DNA of 59,218 nt, counting the filler, from Ionaspis alba (Eukaryota): NCBI GenBank assembly GCA_964255285.1. It is 5 parts of 5 records of this genome, joined end to end, with 100 filler letters (N's around TTAATTAATTAA, not from the genome) between each part and the next. Parts side by side here need not be neighbours in the genome. Positions count along the whole stretch, not along the records: positions 47,480 to 59,218 come from CAXUUL010000543.1; 4 more parts are not named here. One strand, given 5' to 3'. Within the stretch, counting starts at the first letter, position 1, and each line of letters begins with the position of its first letter. Below are positions 49,738 through 59,218 of the stretch, piece after piece. The translations under genes were made by a program, and so were the position numbers. The notes beneath the pieces are model-generated. The model was not told the DNA's origin and did no database searches. It saw only the letters and a list, made by a program, of their open reading frames with translations.

Positions 49738-50613
49738 ATGCGTGCGCGGTCAATACGAGTCCTGAGAGTGGGAAGAATTACGCGTGCTTTCTCCTCCACC
49801 TCCGCACCGCAAGTCCGGAATCGTATTTACGACTCGTAGGTATACTCATCTTCCCGAGCTCCGCTTGCGCTCTCCCATTCCCGCCTGATCCCCCTGCGGC
49901 TGCCTTTTACTTTGGAATACCAGCTCACCCGATTCATCTGTGTCCAGTGTGCGCGATCCCTCCACGCTCTCAACCTACCTCTCCCTTACCACTACGGCTT
50001 CGATTCCGTTGCTTGCCTTTTTTACCACATCAGCTTGCCCTTCCTGCAAAATCGTCAACCCAATCATCCGCGCTTTACTGGAGAAGGATGGCGTAGGGGA
50101 GAAGGAGGGTGGCGTCGCGTTTGCAGAAGTGGAGATGGATGCACCCGATTGCAGCGAATTGGCCTTTCGCTACTTGGTGAGTGTATACCAGGCATGCGCA
50201 GGACGGTTAAAACGAAACAAGTCAGGAGCTTCGACGGGCGCGGGGTGGGGCCCGGCCGTGTTGGCATTATAGAAGTCAGAGAGCCGGAGAGGGAGCAACA
50301 GAGATCGAGAGACATGAAAGGAGTTTCTACGAAAATATTTCGTTGGACAGATAGCCTCGACTGATGGGTGCAACCATGAATGAGTCAGGATTCATTGCTA
50401 ACAGCATGGTGCTTGTAGGTCACCTCCACTCCTACGCTAATGGCATTTTCTCGTGGGGAAGCGCAGCTGGAGACCAAGCTCACCAGCGTCGCGGAAATGA
50501 AAGATCGCGAGTTTATGACCATGTGGATAGAGTCAGAGGCAAATAGGGGAGGTATGGGAGGGGCTGGAGGGAGAGGCTTCCCGTTTGGGGACGTCTTTGG
50601 TCTAAGGTCTTGA
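49738..50613 (+). CDS. Thioredoxin-fold protein, probably mitochondrial, 3 exons
   Basis: Arg-rich presequence MRARSIRVLRVGRITRAFSST...NRIYDS|VRDP, PLLAFFTTSACPSCKIVNP, FAEVEMD, RYL|VTSTPTLMAFSRGEAQ, MWIESEANRGG; stop at 50611-50613. Confidence 0.8.
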
Positions 50614-50963
50614 TATGCTGGTACGTCCTGAACGGATGCTTAGGTATCATGTGGTTACACAAGGTATGGCATTGTATCATTCATCCTGACGTACTATATA
50701 AGTTATTATGCGTTCGTGTTCTGAGAGATCATTAGTCTATCCCACTGTGCATTAAAAGAACATCTTGGACAACCGATAAGAGCTATTCTAAGTCATCATC
50801 ATTCCCTTTTCGCTAGGTGGCATATCATCTCTGTTCAAACAAAATCATGTCCGAGCGAACCTGTGCAAGTCTATCGTCGTAAAGAGCCCAGCGTCGCAGA
50901 TAATGAAAGCCAGAGAATCATTGGAAAAGAGGTTCTGGCATCACAAAGTTGACGACTTATTAT

Positions 50964-53900
50964 TTAATCGAGGTGGAAGAAGTGCAGAAGCCATTGAATA
51001 AAAGCTAGCAATGCTGCTTGTTCGGATTGAGGTCCATCTGCAGTTGGTGCTCCATTCCCTGGGTTAGTCGTCGGTGTCGAGTTTGTCGTCGCTAGTGTTG
51101 CTGCCACGGCCGATTCTAGTGATGAGGCCACACTTGGTGGGAGGCCAATACTTGTCAAAACAGCTATTATGGACGAACTGATCGCGGGTCCGTTCATCTG
51201 AGACTGGCTGAGACTTCGATCAGACGTGCTCGGGATAGATGTCGTTACCTGTGAAGTCAACGATGCTGTGCCAGTCGTCGACCTTGAAGATGGAATCGTT
51301 ATTGGAACTGTACTCGGCACTGGGTTTATTGACATCGGAGCATTTATAGGACTGGATGGAATAGGGATCATCGAAGTCTCGGAGGCTGTTGATTCGCTCC
51401 TCACGAACGAGGCGATGGAAGCCACGGACCCAGATGCCGATAATGTTCGACTTGACAAGCTGTTTACCGTTGTTGTACTCGAGGCTGAGGGACTGGTTGC
51501 GACGGTAGGAGCGCTGGAAGTAGTCGATGCAAGATCCCTTGATAAGACGGCGCTTGACGTAGATAGGGTGGAAACTAGTGATGAAGTGGTCGTGAACGAG
51601 TCTGTCATTCCCGAGCCGAGCGTTGAGGGATTGACTGATAATACTATAGGAGCCCTTGTAGAGGGACTTGCAGTCGCAGATGAGTTCGGTGCTGGACTCG
51701 GCTGGATCACGGTATTATCCTCTTTGATGATATCGGCAGCCTTGGATCAAAACTCAGCTATTGTTATCACGAAAGTAGAAACTAAAACAACGGACCTTCT
51801 CTGCGACTGCATAGACCACAGCCTGCAAATGCGCTGCGGGGACTAACGGAAAGATACCGGCATCTACAACACGAAGGCTTTGAGTACCGTAGACTCGGAG
51901 ACGGGGGTCCACGACACCGCCCATATCAAGTGGAAGCATAGCCAAGGTACCGCTGGGATGAAATTCCGTCCTTATACCGTTGTTGATGATTTGATTGAGG
52001 GCGGCCTCATCAGCATCCACCGGCGGCACAAATTGTGCAGCCTGGAGAGGACGCATAGCTAGAGTTGCTAGTATCCTTCGATTAAACCGGAGTGCCTCGA
52101 TCATCACTTGCCTGTCTACCGGATTGGTAAGCCACCGCGGATCAATCAACGGTGGTTCAAATGGATCCGGCGAATCGATGTAACAAACACCTCTTGACAG
52201 TGGATGCATTAAGGCTATGGTCAAACTCCCCGCGTTATTGTTGATGATCTCATAGGCAGCCGATGTCTTGGACCCCAGTCTCTGAATGACCGACCTTTTC
52301 TGAGCGGCAAAGCCTGCAATAACGGTGGAGTCCAAACCAGGAAGCAGGAAATCAGTCGTATTTTGATTGGTGGCGTTCATCAGTATCATGGTAGTAGAGT
52401 TGCTAATGAGTGGTAGTGAAGGAAATGCTAACGCGTTTGGAGAGCCTGCAGTCCATGGCCCTCCAACATAATGTCAGCTTGTAGGCACTTAGTTATCTCT
52501 TCCCTGAGATACATACCTGTCTTATAAGTTTGGTACTCTTGCTGCGCCAGCGAGTTGTACGTGACATTCGTCGTAAGATCTGCCGGCGAAGGGAAACTGG
52601 CGTTGTTATCTGATAGCCATTAGTTTGCTTCACTGATCCCTAGAATTGATTCGTACATGGATAAAATGTTCCAACCAGACAATGATCCTGAAGATTGTTA
52701 CCAACACCTGGAAGATCGAGCGCTAGGGTTATGTTAAGCTGCCGAAGGAGAGCCGCGGGACCGATTCCGGATAGTTCCAGGAGTTGGGTTGAATGCAACG
52801 ATCCCGCAGCTACAATGACCTCTCTAGTAGCATAGATTATTTGGCGCGGCGCTGAAGCGTTGGGAGAAAACTAGTCCAACTTAGCATGAGGTTCTTGGCG
52901 GAGGATCGAAGTCATGACTACCTCAACACCCGTGATACGAAGGTTAGAATTGCTAGGGTCCCTAGGACTGAATCGTCGATTTGGATTCGTTCCTGGTGGT
53001 GGCGGCGGTGGTCCACCAGCAGGACCGAAGCCAAAATTGCCCGTATTTCCCGAATCTGGTCCCTGCCCGTTGTTGTTGCCTCCCGTAGTGGGATTCTGTG
53101 TTGGCTGATCACCAGATATGCCCTCTATCAAAATCCGAGTGACGTGTTGACCAGTGATGACATGAAGGTTCTGCCTTGTTGCATAAGGGTCATAGTAAGC
53201 TCGACGAGCATCAGATCGCGTTTGATTAGTTGGATCGATGTCAGTCGGAACCAGAGCAGCGCCTGCCGTAATTCCTTCCGCTTGGTCGAACTGTGTAGGA
53301 ACTCCGAGAGAGTTGAGAGCAGCGAACAGGTTGACTGTGAGGTCGTACGTGAGCGGACACAGATTCTTCACATAGTGCGGTGACTGACATACTCGACTGA
53401 GGATAGAAGAACTTCGGATAGCTGACTTGAACGGGGCCATCGAAGCCATGTACAGCGGGATTGTAATTGATGGAATAGTCGTGGGCTATCTGCTGAGAGT
53501 AGACAGGAGTGTAATTCTCACTCTGGGACAAGTGGTCAGAGACGAGAGAGCTAGGAGTTCATTGAGCATGGTGGAACCTTTTTGAAGTATGGAAGCATCC
53601 CGTCCCAGCCCCAGCCAGGATTTCCGAGGGCTTCCCAAGCGTTGTAATCATCCTGGCCTCCTCGATTCCAGCACATGGCGTTCAAGATGCTGCCACCTCC
53701 TAGGACCTTCCCTTGAGGCATCGGACGTGCAGCACCGTCCAACTGCATTTGTGGTACCGTTGACAGATCCCAGTCATAGAGACCTCCAATGTCCGCGCCT
53801 ATGTACACCGGGTCCTGGACGACGGCCTCATAGTGATCGCTTTGCTTGTAAGCCAGAGCCAGGTCAGTGGGTTGAAGAATGGAACACTTACGCTTGCCCA

Positions 53901-54100
53901 GCCTCAATGCAGAGCACATTGACGCCTGCCAGCTCGGACAATCTGTTGGCAACTACCAGGCCAGAAATCCCGCATCCACAAACAATGTAATCATAAGAAT
54001 CCAAGAGCGGGCCATCGAGATCGCGACCATGAAGAAGTCCTAACACTGGGCTGAAAGGAACCGACAGACAAATCAGAGTTATGAGTGACCAGATCAACAT
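50964..54100 (-). CDS. Secreted GMC oxidoreductase (AA3_2-like) with Ser/Thr-rich C-terminal extension
   Basis: Signal peptide; YDYIVCGCGISGLVVANRLSE (FAD binding), QGKVLGGGSILNAM, REVIVAAGSLHSTQLLELSGIG, VGNNLQDH, HPLSRG, RTEFHPSGT, VYGTQSLRVVDAGIFP, AAHLQAVVYAVAEK|AADII. The last exon (from 51740) continues in frame into the 50964-51710 ORF. Confidence 0.92.
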
Positions 54101-55812
54101 TGCAGAGGGTGTGCGACTGCTGGTTCGGAATGGTGGTGAAGGATACTGACTGAGGCGACTGGAAAGGAGTGTGTTGTTGCCACAGATTCGGAGTGGAGAA
54201 GTGGGAAGAAGAGCAGCAAGCGAATGCGAAGACGAGTAGAGTGAGAAATTAGAGTGACAGAGGAGACAAGATCGAGTGATGATGTGATGAATCAGAGCGC
54301 AACAGGTTGGGTGGATGTTTGCAGATGCCGAATGGAATGAGGTACAACGGTCACTCTTTCCTAGATGGGTGCTTATTTGAGTTCACAGATGAAAGGAAAG
54401 TACATGGAATCTCGATATATGGATCATTTAAGCTTCATGACGAGGCAGATGCTAGGACGGTTGATCTTAGGGTTCTACCTTCGCTAAGCAGATGTAAGAC
54501 TGCAATCTGGGGAGATACGAGATCTCCTCGCAACAACGAAATTCACTCCACGTGCCTTACCCCCTTTCAAGTCAAATTGACCACGTTGTCACTGGCCGCG
54601 TATAGCTCCGGGGATCTTCCAACAGTATGGATAGTGTCATCGTTACCAAAATTCGTTTTATTTTCAGTGCATCGTAGCTTCCCGAAACGGCTACGGTCAA
54701 CATGTGAATACATTTCGTAGCAATTGAAAGCAATCCTACCTCGAATTTTGTGTAACGGGGTTTAGAAATACAGGTAGCCCAAGGCATTTAAGAGCTTTGG
54801 GGAAATTGGGGTGACCAATGAGAAAGGTACATGACTGCCTGGTATTTGCTTTTGTCGCCATTGATGGATATGAGTTACATGGTGGAAAGACCTCTTACAG
54901 ATTCTCCTTACAGTATCGAGGGTAACATCGAGGCCGGAGAATTGACGCAGCATTATCAGGAAGCTGCGACAGCTAGATGCCTTTCGTCGAGAGGGAGCTC
55001 GTTAGATCTTTTTGCACCGGACGCGATATGATCACGAAAGCGTCGTTGTCTTGCCCATGAACGTTCCTCCGCCTTATTGAGCTCAACTGTTTGTGGCTTC
55101 GACATGCTAGTCAAGGGCTAGGACCAGCGGTCCAGCGCCTCCAGGGGCTTCTGCGTATCAACTATGACAGAGGAATCGGCGACTAGTGCGAGCATCGTGG
55201 TAGAGGTAGTTGGTGTCGGCCATAGAAGTCCTGTAGAGTGGTTGTGTTGTCTTCCAGCAGCACAGAAGTGCTTATCGATGTCCTTATCGCTGTCGGCAGG
55301 AAGGGTGGCCGAGGTGGCTTGAGTGCGAGTGGGAACAGCAGTTGTGAACCCGCTGTGCTTCATCATCCGCAGACAAGGAGAACCTCATTAGTAATGAAAG
55401 CTGATGCTTATGGGACCAGTTGAGCCACTACACCAATGAGCACGACTTATTTCATTGTGCATCAATTGTCGCTGTTGATGCGTTTGCTACAAAATGCTTG
55501 ATCCGCCCTCCACAGGATCACGATCTTTCTATTGGCGACGAACATACCCATACAAGACCGAGCGCTCGATTGGCCTTACCACTCTAGTCAGACATTCCCT
55601 GGACCCGCTTGGTGCATCAACAGGCTACCGTCACGATCGATCACTCGACGATTGAGTTCCACGTGGGGAGAAAGTGGATCTTATGTAGGACTACTCGGCA
55701 GTGTGCGACCAGGAGATAGTGAGAGGATCTGGTTGCAGATCTGACATCTCCGAGGACCTTTGCGCGACCGGGCTCCAAACAGAAGGCAATCCCCTTTCTC
55801 ACCACTCGGTCC

Positions 55813-58741
55813 ATGGCCGAGGAGGTCAAATCCGAAAGCCTTCCGGCTGATCACCGTGACCGTTCCACCACCGGCAGCGGGCTTCTCGACCACTCCTCTA
55901 AACTTTCCTCCTCCTCCTCCAAACCTAAGTCGCGCAGCAGAGATAAGGAGTCACTGAATGTCAAGAGGAGATGCGTGAGCACAGCATGCATCGCATGTCG
56001 CCGGAGGAAGTCCAAGGCAGGTTGCATGCCTCCCTCCCTCACTTTGAAGCTCGTATTGACATTCGCACTCTTCAACAGTGCGATGGAAGTACTCCCAGCT
56101 GTGCTGCGTGCGCATCTGTCTACGGTACAGAGTGTGTTTACGATCCCAATTCAGATCATCGGCGTAAGGGCGTATACAAGAAAGACATCGACAACCTGAA
56201 AACGCACAATTCAACACTACAAACCTTGGTAGAGGCAATCCTCAATTATCCTGAATCCGAAGTACCAGATCTGGTCAGGCAGATCAGGACGTGCGAAAGC
56301 TTGGACGATGTCGCTGGAGGTATCATGGCTCGTGAAACATCTCCGAGAGAAGAGACGGTGGAGGTGGAGTCGTCGTTACGGACAGTCAACCTTCCCTTGC
56401 CACCCAAGTTCGAGAAAGAGTTGTCGGGCAAGATGAGGGAGCTGCGGTTGGAAAACGGTACCGCTCAATCTCTGGGAGGTACCTCGAATCTAATTTACCT
56501 CGATTCGAACGAGCAAAACGAGGCGATCTCAACCTCGACAGGCACCACAGGGCCCTATAAGCATAAAAAGGATGCCATTGCTTCGTGGACAAAGGTGACT
56601 CCCGATGTTGCTCTCATCGAGCATCTCGTTCAGATGTATATGACCTGGCATTATACCTATTTCACCACTCTTTCCAAGCACCTCTTTCTACGCGACTTCC
56701 ACCACGGAAATCCAACGCAAGAGTCCGTACGTAAGTCCGAGCACTGTACTCCATTGCTTGTCAATGCAATCTTGGCCATCGGATGCCATTTTTCGTCCTG
56801 GCCAGGTGCACGAGCAGATCCGAACGACTCGGCAACTGCCGGCGACCACTTCTTCAAAGAAGCCAAACGTCTCATTCTCGAAAACGATGAGCACGAGAAG
56901 CCAAAGCTGTCTACCGTGCAAGCACTCGCACTCATGTCGGTCAGAGAGGCAGGATGTGGGCGTGAGGCTAAGGGCTGGGTCTACAGTGGCATGAGCTTCA
57001 GGATGGCCTGTGATCTAGGTCTCGATGTAGATTCTGGCAATACAAGCCTCGCAGAAGAAGAAGTTGATGCGCGTCGTATAACTCTTTGGGGTTGTTTCCT
57101 TTTTGACAAGTAAGTCCCCCCAGCTTTGCTGCTGATATCATCTTGCAAGATTGACGAAGTCCGCAGGTGTTGGTCGAATTATCTGGGACGACCTCCTCAG
57201 CTACCCTTGACAAATATCACAGTGCCCAAGTTCGACGTGTTCCCGGACGAAGATTCAGAGCTGTGGTATCCGTGGACGGATGATGGACGAGGTCATGCCC
57301 ACATTCAACCTGCTCGCACACGAGCCATTGCACTTCAAATATCCTTTCTCTGCGAGATAAGTAGTGATCTTCTATTCAGTTTCTATCATCCGACACACAT
57401 AGAAAAGCCCGTGGGGCAGAAAGCCGAGTTGAAGAGGCTAGGTGAAATTCATACTAGACTCGAAGCCTGGCACAAGAAGCTTCCACGAGAATTTGATGTT
57501 AGGGAAGGACAATTGCCCAATGTCCTTGTGATGCAGTGAGTCTGTCACATCCCAGTCGATAGACCTGTCGACTCCTTCCCCTTCCTGTTCCGAAGGCCGT
57601 AAACGCTGGTGGAGTTGTGCTTTCCTGATATAACTTATGTCTTACTCTTCTAACGCTGCTGACTGCTGCAAATAGTATGTTTTTCCATTTGCTATACATT
57701 CACCTATTTCGACCTTTTCTCAAATATAGTCAAGGCCCTTCTGCGCTGAAGCTATCCGTGCCGCCTAAGCGACAATGTATACAAGCTGCAGAGAAGATAT
57801 CGAAGTACCTCCGCATTTACAAACGCACTTATGGGTTGCGTCAGATCTGCAACATTGCTGTGTACATTGCCCACTCCGCTTGTACTATCCATCTTCTCAA
57901 TCTTCCGGAAAAGAATGCTCGCAGGGACATTATTCATGGCGTCAGACAGCTGGAAGAGATTGCGGAAGGCTGGCTTTGTGCACGAAAAACGTTAGGCATA
58001 CTTGGTGCACAAGCACGTAAGTGGAAGATCGAATTGCCAGAAGAAGTTGCAACGGTTCTCGCACGAACTGATGCCAAATTCGGCTACGGAGGATCACCAG
58101 ATCCACAATCTCCCAAATCCGACACCATGGTCGCGCTTGAGGCACAACAGAACCTTTCATACGTGGTTCCGTCACAAAGTCAAGGCCTGGCATCTCGACC
58201 TTATCCTGACAGATCCCCGTCTATACCATCTGCTGCGCAACCCAAATCAGTTTATCGTGAGCCTGTGCCCCCCTCCGGCACTAGTATTGGCGCACGCACA
58301 ATGTCGGCTCCAACGGCCACCGCTACCACGGAATTTCCGATTCCATACCCTCAACAACGATATGTGATATCACAGGCGCAAAGAAACCTGTGGAACCAAG
58401 ACCTAGCACGCCGTAACAGGAATCCAGATACGCATCCATCACCTACTGACTTCTTCGGTGGAGTGCCTGCTCTCATCGATGACTCCCAGGACTCTCAGCG
58501 CTGGTGGCTGAGTGATGACCACCAATCACTCTATGAGAACTGGGGAAAGACTGACAACGCTGCTGGATTGGTGGGCGATGAAACCAGCAATGCAATGATT
58601 GACATGAGTATTATGAATGAGATGAATATTGACATGAATGGAATGAACGGATTTGGGGATGGGACAAATGCGGGTGATCAGGGCTATGGGAGTTTTGCAT
58701 TGAACTCTTTCGGAGTACCTGATTCGGATACCTTTCGATGA
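55813..58741 (+). CDS. nirA: Nitrate assimilation Zn2Cys6 transcription factor NirA/NIT4
   Basis: KRRCVSTACIACRRRKSK|CDGSTPSCAACASVYGTECVYDPNSDHRRKGVYKKD matches the NirA DNA-binding region. Fungal TF middle domain (LMSVREAGCGREAKGWVYSGMSFRMA, DK|CWSNYLGR) and YKRTYGLRQICNIAVYIAHSAC. Three introns. Confidence 0.88.
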
Positions 58742-59218
58742 CCACGTATCCATGATAGAAGTCGGAATATTCAATCCAAATGTCTATATTTTGTTGCTCA
58801 AAGAATGCGTACAACACCGATCGCCTGAAAGACTTGTAAGACGTATACTACTCTGGTGGTTGTTGGCCAACCTAATATGCCGTACTTAGCATGCAATTCC
58901 TTATGGTCATTAAATACCAGACATATCCTTCAGATCTTTGTGAATCCCAATTCCTACAAACTTCAGCGACACTAAAACCGGCAAATGTCATTTCTGCTGC
59001 TCTGCTTAATTGGTCTCTAGTTTTTGATACCTTCACCCTAAGTCTACTTGTATTACTCTCTACTCAACTTATTCTTAGTCGTGCGACTTGAGTGCAGCAA
59101 CTATCCCAGGCATGATACAGGCAAACGCAAGACTCTAATATCATGATATTGATTTGTCGATACAGAAACTTACTGACTACCTGTAGACTACAGCAACTCT
59201 GACACGAGCCCGCGAAAA

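Noticed and set aside
51226..51846. Long antisense ORFs (also 6726-7358, 2463-3047, 26386-26919, 43613-44101)
   Set aside because: They are shadows of real genes on the opposite strand with no independent motifs.
50964..58741. nirA and GMC oxidoreductase as a nitrate-assimilation cluster
   Set aside because: No nitrate reductase, nitrite reductase or nitrate transporter is present; divergent adjacency alone is insufficient.

Overview
Eukaryotic, intron-containing DNA from a filamentous ascomycete (Pezizomycotina; a lichen-forming lineage is possible but not provable from sequence). The window is not one locus. It is five scaffolds of about 11.7-11.8 kb in decreasing length order (1-11807, 11908-23684, 23785-35535, 35636-47379, 47480-59218), joined by 100-bp N44-TTAATTAATTAA-N44 linkers, with four additional plain 100-N gaps inside scaffolds. 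Scaffold 1 holds a same-strand array of an uncharacterised paralogous gene family: two intact multi-exon genes, one pseudogene and one truncated copy. Scaffold 2 holds a HAD phosphatase fragment, SAM35, GGPP synthase, SIN-type cdc14, a Zn2Cys6/KLAP1-like zinc-finger protein, a Cys-rich secreted protein and a copper-fist transcription factor. Scaffold 3 is housekeeping: SDH1, RPT1, CCT4, VPS10, TMA22. Scaffold 4 carries a mycosporine (UV sunscreen) biosynthetic cluster (O-methyltransferase, demethyl-4-deoxygadusol synthase, ATP-grasp ligase), then a MARVEL-like protein, SEC72 and a NIPA/DUF803 transporter. Scaffold 5 holds a small Cys-rich ORF, a thioredoxin-like protein, a secreted GMC oxidoreductase with a long Ser/Thr tail, and the nitrate regulator nirA. 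No RNA genes, transposons or CRISPR arrays were recognised. Gene names rest on motif recognition by eye, not database searches.
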